The notes beneath the pieces are model-generated. The model saw only the letters and a list, made by a program, of their open reading frames with translations, did not search any database and was not told the origin of the DNA. 64,000 bases of DNA from Cystobasidiomycetes sp. EMM_F5 (lineage: Eukaryota): positions 1 to 64,000 of the forward strand of contig JBPGPT010000053.1 of the NCBI GenBank assembly GCA_051047955.1, in the 5' to 3' direction. Within the stretch, counting starts at the first letter, position 1, and the number at the start of each line of letters is the position of its first letter. Below, piece by piece: positions 36,525 through 48,463 of this stretch. Made by a program: the position numbers and the translations under genes.

Positions 36525-37406
36525 CTACTCCTCCTCCTCCTCTCCTCCTCCCTTCTTGCTCCGGTCAACAACCTGCACTTGCGTTAGTCTCCAGTATACC
36601 TCTGTAAACGTAATCACAACCCACCGCATATTGCTGATCATCCGTCCCCGACATTTCCTTGACAAGCCCATCGTAGGGATATTCGCGCTTAGACTGTCAC
36701 GCACGACGAATACAATACACAATCAGTGCTTGACATTACACACACTGTCACTTATCGACTTACAGCAGGTCGAGCGGGGACTTGGGTGTAGACGAGGCAG
36801 CCGAAAAGAGCAAATAGACCACTTGCAAGTGCTAGTTCGGCGAATGCGGTGGATGGCTTCTTGGCGTGCTCGTCGACGCCCCACATGGACAGCGTGTCGT
36901 CGTTTTCGGGTAGCTGCGAGAAAAGAGCGAGCGAACGAACGAGCGAGCGGTAGCGAGTGAGTGAGTGAGTGGGTGAGTGTCAAAGTTGGACAGATAGGAC
37001 ACGCATAAATAGCAATACGTCCATCGTCAGCTCTCTTAAGCACATCTTCAATACATCCCCCACGCACAGTCTCGTTGAAGTTGATTCTGCGGGCACACCG
37101 TCAGCGTATGCAAACTTCACCCCACGCACCAACTCACCTCTCCTGCCTGTCCCACCAGCCTCTCGGACTCCGGTGCTGCCTCGATATCTGAGGCAGCTGG
37201 GGGTATCCTAGTCCAGCGAGTTGGGGGTCACTCTCCATCTCGTCTGCCGAGGGGACTACGAGTGGCTTAGCGTCTGTTGGCTGCTCCAGGGACGTGGATG
37301 AGAGGTGTCGCCGTGCTGGGTGTTTCGTGATTCCTGTGATTCCCGCTTGCCATAGCTTTGGCGCCGTTCTGGCTTGACGGAGCTGGACGGCTAGACGGGC
37401 AGCCAT
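36525..37406 (-). CDS. NADH:ubiquinone oxidoreductase ASHI subunit (NDUFB8-like), multi-exon
   Basis: Mitochondrial-type leader, DPQLAGLGYP, WWDRQER, LSMWGVD, a transmembrane segment, then RPA/REYPYDGLVKE and an acidic tail. Confidence 0.85.
36955..36979. repeat. Short (GAGT)n run preceded by (GAGC/GAAC)n in an NDUFB8 intron
   Basis: gagcgagcgaacgaacgagcgagcg...gagtgagtgagtgagtgggtgagtg. Confidence 0.6.
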
Positions 37407-37572
37407 GTTTTGAGTAGCAGTGTAGCCTGTAATATCCTAATCAACGTGTTGGAGTCTGTCCAAGCTTTCTTGATTGTGATGCGATCATTTGAATTCAAAT
37501 GGATCCACTTCAAATAAACACCCCTTGGATCCCGACAACTCGTACAAGTTACAACCTGCAATCTACTCAGAC

Positions 37573-38877
37573 ATGGAGTACATGTCGGCAGTCGCATCCA
37601 CGTCGCAGGGCGATGGGCAACCCAACAATGGCAGTACCGCCCTCAGCATCGTCGAGCAACCGAGGACCATCAAACGGCGACCAGCGAGAAAGCAGCACGA
37701 GGCAGAGAAGAAGCAGCTAGAGCAGAGCGGGACGACGCTCAATATATGGTACCACAAGTGGGCGGGCGGGGACAGATACGACAGCTACAATGCAAAGGAG
37801 AAGAGCCAGACGAGGTGCAACATTGAGCAGGATATGGGCTACACCCGCGCAGATACGTCGGGCAACAAGTACTGCTGCCTGTACTTTGCCCGGGGCTGCT
37901 GTCCAAAGGGGTGGGTGGGGGCTTGGACTGCGCTGATTGTTTGAATACTGACAAAGTTTTGGTTTGGTTTGGATATGTTATCAGCGTCGACTGCACGTAC
38001 CTCCACAGACTGCCCCTCCCCGATACCGTCCTCCCAGATGCCTCCCTCGACGTGTTTGGGAGGGAAAAGCACGCAGACTACAGAGACGACATGGGCGGTG
38101 TAGGCTCATTCACCCGGCAAAACAGGACAGTCTACATTGGCAAGATAAAGGTGACAAACACAATGGGCGAGTCGTTGATGCGGCACTTTGAAGAGTGGGG
38201 TGATATTGAACGGAGTGCGTACCCCTTGCGACGACGTACTGCTCACACCATGCTGACTCGTCTACTCTGCAACAACAGTCAAGATTCTACAGACGCGCGG
38301 CGTTGGCTTCGTCACCTTCTTTTCTGAACTATCCGCCCAATTCGCAAAGGAGGCAATGATGAACCAATCCCTCGACAATGACGAAGTACTCAATGTCCGA
38401 TGGGCGACCGAGGATCCGAATCCAAAAGCCAAAGTGTACGAGTACGAGAGGCTCGTAGAGATGGGTCACAAGGGGATCGGGTCAAAGCTAACCGACGAGT
38501 TTGTGGCAGCCGTAAGGCGGATGGACGAGCTGGAGGGATTGGCACAACCTCTGCCCGTCGAGTATGGTGAGAATGATGTAAGGACTTTGCCGGCGGGCAG
38601 TAAGAGACTCGAAATTGAGGCTGGCAGTGGACAAGAAGAAGATGGACAACCGAATGGCAAGAGGCAGCGCACAGAAGCAGCAGGCGGGAATGCTGATGCA
38701 GCGCCTGCCCCGCCTAAATCCCAATCCAAACCACCCTCGCAACCACCACAAGCCAAGGGTCTGTTGTCGGGTGCAGCTCTGGACAGTCTCAAGAAGGCAG
38801 CTGCTCTCAAGCGGGCAAAGATGCAAAAGGCTTCTCTTGCAAAAGCTGCAGTGCCGACTCCAGCTGGCACAGCGTGA
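37573..38877 (+). CDS. CWC2: Pre-mRNA splicing factor CWC2 (Torus/CCCH plus RRM), multi-exon
   Basis: RPARKQ, NIWYHKWAGGDR, RCNIEQDMGYTRAD, CLYFARGCCPKG, DVFGREKHADYRDDMGGVGSF, AQFAKEAM and LNVRWATEDPNP. Confidence 0.95.
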
Positions 38878-39056
38878 TTGCAAAAGATATTGCCAGGATG
38901 CAAGTCGCTTGCACTGTTTGCAGGACTATGCATTAAATAGGATACACATAATCCATGCATGATTTCGTTATCGCTTGTTGTGGTCGCAATGAAAGAATGC
39001 GTGGGGGTATATCATTCTCGTCGTTGCTTGCCGTGCATCTTTTCGTCACCGCAACC

Positions 39057-40537
39057 ATGGCTTCCGCATCCAGCACCCGCCTGTCTGTCGCTTCGCCGTC
39101 GTCGCTCGCCGACACTGTCGAGCTGGCCTCGTTATCGTCGTCGTCGTCGTCTTCGAATGGCGTCCGTATGCCTCGATTCGGGCTGGGCGTGTACGAGAGC
39201 GACGGGGAGGATTGCTACAAGAGCGTGCTGTGGGCTCTCGAGGTGAGCGGGGACGGTGTAGTAGTCGAGTTGGCTGGGTTGACGGTGTTGGTCGGCATCC
39301 AGGCTGGATATCGGCTGATAGAGCAAGTTGTGACGAGATTTTAAAGTGGATACTGACGAGGAAATGTCGACTGACACTTCCGTATCCTGACCCGCACTGA
39401 CTTCCTTGACGCTCCGTCGCATCGTACACAGCTCGGCAGAATGGTACAACAACGAAGCAGAGTCTGGGAGAGCCATCAGAGGTATGTAGAGGGAACCATG
39501 ACAAATTTCCCTACGAGCACGTCTGAGCTTAGTGTAAGACTACATCAAGAAGAGCGGAACACCTCGCTCAGAAATATTCTACACGACTAAATTGATGGAG
39601 AATTTGGGATACGACCACGTCAAAAGATCTATCCGGAAGAGTCTGGATGTCGCTGGTTTGAAGTACATGTGCGTCAAACGAATCATGTAAACGGGAGATG
39701 CTTTTACTGAATCCGCATCGTCACAAGTGACCTATACCTGATACATGGCCCACATCCGGGTAAATTGCAAAGGTTTCGCCGCCGTTCCACACCGCACATC
39801 TGAAGTTTTGCCTTGTGCAGACGGAAAAGCTCGTTTGGCTTCTTGGAGAGCTATCGAAGATGCCATCAAGGAGGGTATGTCCGCTCACTCGATCCAGCTT
39901 TCCCGAGCTCAACGACACCGCTTCCCACACGCGCAGGCTTGGTAAGAGCAGGAGGAGTCTCCAACTTTGGCGTCAAGCATCTCAAAGAGCTGTATGCGTG
40001 TGAAGGAGGCTTGAAGGTACCGGTAGCTGTCAACCAGATGGATTTACACCCTTTCATGCGTAGAAAAGAGCTCGTCGACTTTTGTGTCAGTAAAGGCATC
40101 GTCATGGAGGTAAGTCTTCTCAATCAAGCTCATATGTAGATACTAACGAACTTCACGTGTCAGGCCTGGGGACCAATGGTTCGAGGTATGCGGTTCAAGC
40201 ATCCTGCACTAGTCAAGATTGCAGAAAAGCACAACAAGTCAGCAGCGCAAGTCTTGCTCAGATGGGGATTGCAACAAGGATTCGTAGTCATCCCAAAGAG
40301 CGTCAAAAAAGAGCGTATCCAAGATAATATGCGCTTGTTTGATTTCAGCTTGGACGAGTCGGACATGCAGAGCTTGGAGAATCTGGACGAGCATTTGGTA
40401 ACAGAGTGAGCGGTTTGCTGTAGCTACCATATAATGGCCGTCCGCGACTAGTGCTGACTTTTACCTATTCCAGCTGGGATCCCAGCGAGGATCCAGACTT
40501 CCCAAATTGCTCACAAGATTGCTGTGCAAGGTTGTAA
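39057..40537 (+). CDS. Aldo-keto reductase (AKR5/2,5-DKG reductase-like), multi-exon, with C-terminal ARL
   Basis: MPRFGLGVY, GYRLIDSAEWYNNE, IFYTTKL, DLYLIHGP, GVSNFG, VNQMDLHPF, AQVLLRWGLQQGFVVIPKSVKKERI and VTDWDP. Confidence 0.92.
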
Positions 40538-40991
40538 AGATCGCACAGTCGCACGATTGTGGTACTGTGAATTGTGATGTAATATACGTTGGGACTTTCC
40601 GCATTGAGAACTCGACATGACATTCAGCTGAGAGATGCTTACAACGTTACTAAGAGTATACCACATCATCCCTGCGCGAGCTCCAGTATTCTCACAGTAA
40701 GGGCCTCGATAATTCACACACTGGTTACGGTTATATTTCAACCTGGACGTTTCACCGGAACGTCTCTCTCCACCGTCTCAAGCTTACAAGGGGAAATAAG
40801 TGCTTTTCCCATCATGCAATTTGTCGCTTTTCACAGCCGCGACAATAAACTCGTGTGGGAAGCATACCCCGTCTGCAGATGCAACTATTCCTACACAGTG
40901 CCTTCAACAGGGGCTCTTTGACCCACACACATCAACACCGGATAGACACCTTTTGCAAATCGTTCGACCATCACGTCTCTTTTGCATTGAC

Positions 40992-41666
40992 ATGGCACCT
41001 GAAATGGAAGTGAGCTTCAGGAACGCTGATGAGGCAGACGTGGAAGCAATGGCATATTGCATCTCTTATCCAAACCCTGTTGGAAAGCAATCTCGCCGAA
41101 AGGTGGAAAATCTGGATGGATTCAAGCTTATAATAGCAGGTCCACCAGGAAGTCGTGCCGTTATAGGTTGGATCTCATATCGTAAATGGCCACGTCGAGA
41201 AGCCAATCCTCGACATCCCGCCCATATCCACGTAAACCGCCTGTTCGTCATCGCTTCAGCTCAAGGTCAAAAGATTGGAAAAAAATTGCTCTGGCTGGCT
41301 CTCAACGAAGCCCAGAATGAGCAAATAAGATTACGTGTACAAGCGACCCTGGATGCGGTGCCCTATTTCCAGAAGCAAGGATTCGGTGTCGATCGCTTCA
41401 ACACGGAGATCACGAGGCGACAGGACGTTTTGGATCTATGGTATGGTCATGATGAAAGAGGGCCGTCACCACGCGACATGAGCCGCCCTCCTGCAGGCAA
41501 TGCGCGTACTTCGTCTGATCGGCCCAGATCGGCAGAGCAGCCACGACAGACTACCCCGCCTGGCGAGCGCGTTAGGCAATCTCACACAGGTCGTCACTCA
41601 ACGAGGAGATCGTCTGGTCAGCGAAACCGTAACAAGCCCAAGGAGCCGTCATGCGTAATCCAGTAG
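40992..41666 (+). CDS. GNAT-family N-acetyltransferase, intronless, with a basic disordered tail and C-terminal CaaX (CVIQ)
   Basis: FRNADEADVEAM, VIGWISY, IHVNRLFVIASAQGQKIGKKLL (acetyl-CoA motif A), AVPYFQKQGF (motif B). Confidence 0.75.
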   Translation: MAPEMEVSFRNADEADVEAMAYCISYPNPVGKQSRRKVENLDGFKLIIAGPPGSRAVIGWISYRKWPRREANPRHPAHIHVNRLFVIASAQGQKIGKKLLWLALNEAQNEQIRLRVQATLDAVPYFQKQGFGVDRFNTEITRRQDVLDLWYGHDERGPSPRDMSRPPAGNARTSSDRPRSAEQPRQTTPPGERVRQSHTGRHSTRRSSGQRNRNKPKEPSCVIQ

Positions 41667-42379
41667 GACAGTAAAGAATTTATGGCTAGAGTGCCGTGAT
41701 CCGTGACGTAGGTGTGATGGATTTGCGAGAACCGATATTCTGCTACGACACTAGAGTCAAGCAGCGGAATAATTCGGTCCGTACTATTCGTGATTGAGCG
41801 TCTGGAATGAATCGCCTTATAAAGATAAGATTACACTGATCCAAAAATTGACGACTGTCATACTTGTAGCACGCGTAGTGGTAAGCGAAAGAGCAAAACA
41901 GTGCGCGCCATGTGCGAAGTGCTTGGATTACCACCTCATTACTTTGGCTCGCGACATGTTGCCCTCGTCACTGTTGATTATAAACATTATGAAAGGGAGC
42001 TATACGCAAGGTTTAATGTCGGCGCGCACGTCAGCTGCTGAGCTTCGACTTGTTTGGTTCCTCTGCGCGCAAAAGGATTGATGAGGGCTATTGGACCTCA
42101 GGCGTCCAGCCGAGCGATGTCCGGACCCGTACGTTGTAACTGTAGGACAACTGACACTGAGGCTGTTCGATTTGGCGTTGACGGCAGTACAGATGCAGGG
42201 TTGTCGTCTGGATAAAGTCAGGATACAATTGCGGTTGGGCGGAGCCCGAATCTCCTGCTCTGCATCCGCTGAAGGCAGGTTTTATTACTTTGCGAGGCGT
42301 CCGTAACATCCACATCGCGACTTCCACTCAGCACCTCTTCTGGTCGGTCCAGTCTTCGGACAACGCCAGTATCAAAAGA

Positions 42380-42949
42380 ATGCGGAAGGCAGACGTCCAC
42401 GATATAGAGGGCATGGCTTCCTGCTTGCGGAACCCACCCGTCGCTAGAGAGCGGAAGCTAGCACGTCAAGCGTTAAAGACGTATACAGTCATCGTAGCAG
42501 GTCCGGAGGGATCCCGTCAAATCAACGGATGGATCGCTTATCGCAACCTCTACCCGTCTAGGGTGGGGTCGCCAGAACCCGATCATGTCCACATTCATCG
42601 TCTTTTTGTGCGCGAAGATAACCAATCAGCGGGGCTGGGCAAGGCTCTGATCAGAATTGCACTTAACGAGGGTGCTCGCTGCCAGCTACCTGTTCGAGTT
42701 CAAGCTACCACTGCAGCCGTGCCTTATTTTCGAAAACGGGGGTTTGGTGTCGTGACCTTTGATCCCAGATTTTGCAGAACGGACGTCAAGGACATGTGGT
42801 ACGGATGGGAGGAGAAGTCAGCCTCACCTCGGATATCCGTGCCAACGCCAACGCCAACGCCATCTCGCTCGTCTCGGTCCAGATCTAGATCGCGTGACGG
42901 CGCAGGGGTTCCACGCTCGGGAAGTCGATTCCGCGCGGAACAGAAGTAA
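42380..42949 (+). CDS. GNAT-family N-acetyltransferase, tandem paralogue of 40992-41666 (start uncertain; frame open from 42290)
   Basis: MRKADVHDIEGM, INGWIAY, VHIHRLFVREDNQSAGLGKALI, AVPYFRKRGF and DMWYG are all collinear with the upstream paralogue. Confidence 0.72.
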   Translation: MRKADVHDIEGMASCLRNPPVARERKLARQALKTYTVIVAGPEGSRQINGWIAYRNLYPSRVGSPEPDHVHIHRLFVREDNQSAGLGKALIRIALNEGARCQLPVRVQATTAAVPYFRKRGFGVVTFDPRFCRTDVKDMWYGWEEKSASPRISVPTPTPTPSRSSRSRSRSRDGAGVPRSGSRFRAEQK

Positions 42950-43218
42950 CAGAAGTAACAAAGTAACGATACTACACGGCTTGTTGATAGACAATTATTC
43001 AGCGAATTAAGCCTGTTAATTGGTACGGTGAAGAGGTTTCGTGCTTCAGCAGAGCTGCATGGAGTGGTATTCGCTATCCGAGGCAAGCTCGTAAGTTGTG
43101 GTATGTCGTATCATGATTGCAACCCCCTGCCTGGCTCGTCAGTCATTGTGATAGCATGTTGCTACAATGGCGTTTTGACCATGATCCATCCAATGCCCGT
43201 GGAAGCGCTGCCCGTACG

Positions 43219-45643
43219 ATGATACGCACGCCGTCTTCGGGAGGAAGAGCGGGGCGTCACAGCAAACGCAAGTCGGGCAACGGCGGCCTGTCCAATATCG
43301 GGATTGGGTTACGCCTGACGAGCGGCTCGAGACGTGTCGGCTCTGGGACTCCCGGCGGGAGCATCAGTATCAGTGGGAGCGGTATCGTCAGCGGGACTGG
43401 CTTGGACGGCCATGGCATCCGTATCGACAGGTTTCTTCTCGTTCTCCGGCTGGCGTGGAGTCTTGTCGTCGTGTACGGCGAAGTCGTAATGTTTTCGTCT
43501 GCAGTGTCGCGCTGCAAATGGCCCAACAAGTTTGGCTACGATGTGGGTGCGCTCATTATCATGTTTTGTAATGGCTCATGTTGTCGTTGCAGCTCACAAG
43601 ATCAGGAAGCAAGCCATTCCACCTCCTCCTCGTCGCTGACCCTGTCCGTAGCACATGTACCTGACACGCATCCAATACTGACATTTGCGACAGCAAGTAC
43701 TCGACTTGCGGTCTAACCCTTCGCAAAACATCGCGCGGAGATATGTGCGCATGTGGATGAGCGATAACTTTGCCAGGAAAGCCTGGCGAATGGCCTTGAA
43801 GACACATAGACCCGACGCCGTCTTCTTCCTTGGAGATCTACTAGACTCGGGCGTTGAGGGTGAGCAGTACGACTGTACGCATTCGAACGAGTGTGACTGA
43901 GTCATTGGTTGCATCATGCTGCAGTCACCGACCGAGACGAGTGCGCAAACCTCATATCCTGGTTTTGACACTTTGCTGACAGTGCTTCAAGGCATTCCCA
44001 CTATGTGCACCGCTTTCAAAAGTATGTAGCGACTTGTATCCATATCCACTAGATCTGACGGCCTAATATGCTGTAAACCACAGTATATTTCGACCGCGCC
44101 CGTTCAATCTGCCAATGTACCATGTTCCTGGCAATCATGATCTAGGCCGTAAGCTACACTCCTCAATGCTATGGATGTGACGAGTTCAAAGCCATGTCTG
44201 CAGTACACCTAACGCCTGGCGGATCTGCCTACGCTAGAGAGCGTTTCTTGGAAACGTTTGGACCATTAAATGGGCGCGTAGACCTCGGTAATCACACACT
44301 AGTATGGATCGATGCACCTGGCTATCTTGATGAGACAGAACATGCGCCATCGCGATATCAGGACCCTACGTATGACGCAACAAACGGAGGGGTCATCGAG
44401 CATTTACAACATATTGCAAAGCGTGAGCTCATGGCTGTGATCATTATGGGTCAGCTTCATCTTATGCCTCTCCACTCGCAGAAACAAGTGCGCAAAGCCT
44501 GCCACGTATACTGTTCTCGCATATACCGTTACATCGACCGGAAGGCTCTTCATGCGGCCCGCTTCGCGAATCTCGAAGACTGCTACATCAAGTCGAGGGC
44601 AGTGAGTAGAGCAAGCAATCACTCTCGAGTTGGGCTAATGTGATCTTCGCGGCAGAAAATTACCAAACCGAGATTGACCAAACTGCATCAAAGTTTCTTC
44701 TCGAATCAGTCAGGCCTTCACTCATCTTTTCGGGCGACGACCACGACTACTGCGAGTATACGCATCATTTGGCTCTTTCGTCTCCCGTCGAGACGACGTG
44801 TAAATCGTTTTCATTGTCTCAGGATCTTCGACAGCCCGGCTATCAGCTTGTCTCGCTTTTGAACCCGCTCGATATCGAAGGCAGAAGCATGGACCCGTCA
44901 AGTACGCACTATAGTCAGCTATGCCTGTTGCCTAATCAGATGCGGGTGTATACACGACTATGTGAGTGACGGTCTCGCCATGGCATCTCGATGATCTCAT
45001 ACCCTACTTTGCAGACATACCGTGTATCTTGCTTACGCTATGCATACTTGGTCTGCCGAGGATATACTACAACCTTCGGCCGCGTCAGGGGACATCCGCC
45101 CGCTCAAATGGCCTTCCGATGCATTCGAGCTCTCTGGCGAGGGTGCTCCGCCGAGGTGTCAAGGCAGCCGACAATGAAGACGCCGACGAAGCTGCCGTCA
45201 TATCAGAGAGCGAGGACGAGATGATGAATTCGTCGTATTCTACATCCTATCCGATATCACCGCCTCATGCCAACTACGCCTACTCGTCGCCGACAGACGA
45301 CGATTACGCTAGTATAGTCACACCCTTTGAGATTATACCTCGACAGGGCGTCAAGAACCGAGTGAGACGGGTGTCCCGCGTCTGGCTTTGGGATCCAGAA
45401 TCGAGCGAGAATGCCTTTATGCGGGGGATGAAGAGGCTGGGACCGGTGTATCGGTACTTTATCCGACCCATCGAGAGGGTGACGAGGCAGGTCGTACGCA
45501 GGGTCTACGGTCGTCGACTCCAGATCCTGTTTGCCAAGCTCAACTCTGGCAACGTGGTGGGCGAGACTGTCGAGGATCTGATTGCGGTACTCTGGGTCGC
45601 TCTGGTCGTGTATGGCTCCATCTGGCTGTGGTTTACGTGGTAA
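43219..45643 (+). CDS. Cdc1/MPPE1 (PGAP5)-like metallophosphoesterase, multi-exon
   Basis: N-terminal transmembrane segment with YGE, LLLVADP, PDAVFFLGDLLD, VPGNHD, FGPLN, LFSHIPL..P....CGP.RE, IFSGDDHDYC, and C-terminal transmembrane segments. Confidence 0.85.
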
Positions 45644-45739
45644 TTTGATATGTCGGACATTGTTTCCCTTGTTGTTGCCATCAGTCAAAGCGGAGCAAAC
45701 CTGCGACAGTCTTGCCTTTGCTTCGACCAACCTGCAGCC

Positions 45740-47965
45740 ATGGCCATCGAGGACGCCCGGATGTCGAGCAAGGAAGCCTTTGAGCTCAACAAGGCCGCAG
45801 TGACCAAGCAGTGAGGGGGCAGGGCAGGGCAGGACGTCGAGGGCGATATCGAAAGCTGAGGATCGTATCGATATTCAGATACAAGGCCAAACCTCGTCTG
45901 GATTATAGAACTGGTGGGTAGCAGGTCTTGAAATGATAGTAAAACCTTCAGCTGACTGGCTGGCTCGTCGTCGCAGTGTCCGCAATCAATGGCGAGTTTG
46001 GGCAGGCCATATCGAGGATTGATTAGAATCCAGCATTGACGCATTGGAACTCATCAACAGGGCCCCTCGTCGTGCTCAACGATGTCCGATATGGGCAGTT
46101 TGGTGGGCTGGCTTGGATCTTTTGGCGGGGTTTTGGACGGTAAAGCTGACGACATTGGGGTTGCATCGTTTGATAGGCGAGATTGTGACGCTCTCGCTGC
46201 CAGACGGCTCAAAACGCGGTGGTCAAGTGCTCGAAGTGTCTGGTAACAAGGCAGTCGTCCAGGTGTGCTTGTGCGAGAGTTCTAATGATATAAGCAACCA
46301 TCTAATCACCGTCACACTGCCCCTCCAGGTCTTCGAGGGCACATCCGGTATCGATGTAGCAAAGACGCACATCAACTTCTCCGGACAGAGTATGCGCATT
46401 CCAGTGTCTGAGGACATGCTCGGTCGTGTATTCAACGGTTCCGGTGTGCCTATCGATAGCGGTCCCAAGGTCTTTGCAGAGGATTTCATCGACATCAACG
46501 GTATTCCTTCCTTCTTTGCGTGTTATAGTGATACCCGCTCATTTCTCGTCATTCACAGGCTCACCCATCAACCCCTCATCCCGTATCTACCCCGAGGAAA
46601 TGATCCAGACCGGTATCTCCACCATCGACGTCATGAACAGTATTGCCCGAGGTCAAAAGATTCCCATCTTTTCTGCTGCCGGTCTGCCGCACAACGAGAT
46701 TGCCGCTCAGATCTGTCGACAAGCCGGTCTCGTCAAAGGTGGCGGACACAAGGGCGCCCAAGGTGGACCTACCAAGACTGTACACGATGACCACGAAGAC
46801 AACTTCTCAATTGTATTTGGTGCTATGGGGGTCAATATGGAGACTGCCCGCTTCTTCCGCAAAGACTTCGAAGAGAACGGTTCGCTCGACAGAGTCTCCC
46901 TCTTCCTCAACTTGGCAAACGACCCCACGATCGAACGTATCTTGACACCTCGTCTGGCTCTTACCACAGCAGAATACTTTGCGTATCAGATGGAGCAGCA
47001 CGTCCTGGTCATCCTGACAGACATGACGTCGTACGCCGATGCGCTTCGCGAGGTTTCCGCAGCGAGAGAGGAAGTGCCAGGACGTCGTGGTTACCCGGGT
47101 TACATGTACACGGATCTGTCTACCATTTACGAGCGTGCCGGTCGTGTAGAAGGACGTAACGGATCCATCACCCAAATTCCTATCCTGACGATGCCGAATC
47201 AAGGTGAGTGCGCGAAATGTCCTGTACGAATAGCTGAAGCTTGACGATCACCCATTTTCCCAGACATCACGCACCCTATTCCGGATCTGACAGGTATAAT
47301 GACAGCTTTGCATACATGTTGGATTGCTGGCTAAACAATGATTGCACCTCATAGGCTACATTACGGAGGGCCAAATTGCTTTAGAGCGAAATTTGCACAA
47401 CAGACAGGTGAGGACAAAGCATTCTTTCATATTATTGTCATAGTCCTGACGAAGCGCTTCCTTGCAGATCTACCCGCCAATCGATGTCCTCCCATCGCTC
47501 TCACGGTTAATGAAGGTGAGAGGACTGACTCTACCCCATGGCAATCACTGCTCATTTCCGGTCACGTAGAGCGCCATTGGCGAGGGTTTCACGCGGAAAG
47601 ACCACAGCGAAGTTTCTAACCAGCTCTATGCCAAGTACGTCATCCGCTCTGTAGTCCTGCCGGTCAACTGCTAATGATGACCGTTACCTAGATACGCCAT
47701 CGGCAAAGACGCTGCTGCGATGAGAGCAGTCGTCGGAGAAGAGGCTCTGTCAACAGAAGAGAAGACGGCCATCGAGTTCCTTACCCGGTTCGAGAAGGAG
47801 TTTGTAACGCAAGGACCCAATGACAACCGTACCATCTTTGACAGTCTCGACCTCGCGTGGGATCTGCTCCGCATCTTCCCGAAGGATCAGCTGTCGCGAA
47901 TTTCGCCAAAGATTCTAGATGAATTCTACTCGCGCAAGACAAAGTCTACGCGAGATACTGCGTAA
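45740..47965 (+). CDS. VMA2: V-type proton ATPase subunit B, many short exons
   Basis: [85 protein letters not shown] and AVVGEEALS. Confidence 0.97.
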
Positions 47966-48463
47966 AAGGAATGCAGCAATAGAGGCAGTCTGGTGTAGCG
48001 TGTACTTGCATGTATGCCGTCGTCTGCCTGCAATACGTCGTCGAGATAGACTCGGTTTTAGGTGTACAATCAAATCACGACTTGCGAGCCAGTGTATCCT
48101 GTTGCACAAGTGCTTGCAGTTGGCGGAGAACGCTTCCGCTGCTTCCGCTGCTTCCGCTGACTTAAATATGTACGAAGCCCCGCAAATGCGGTTGCGCCTG
48201 ATTGCCCCTGTACGGGCGGGCATAACCTAAATATCCAGGCGGCTGTGCTGACCCGGCGATATCGTATATCCTGCGGGTCCACGTCAACGCAGAGTACTCT
48301 GCTGTTTTGCGTTTGCCGAGTCTGCTTTCCTTCATATCTCAACCTTCTCCGCTTTTGTCTTTCGTGACGGACTGACTGACCCTCGTCGTTCTAGCGCGCA
48401 GCCATCTGTTAATAGCTTCACAGCGTTTGTCGTGCTATCATATCCCAACGGCAAGCTTGCGAC

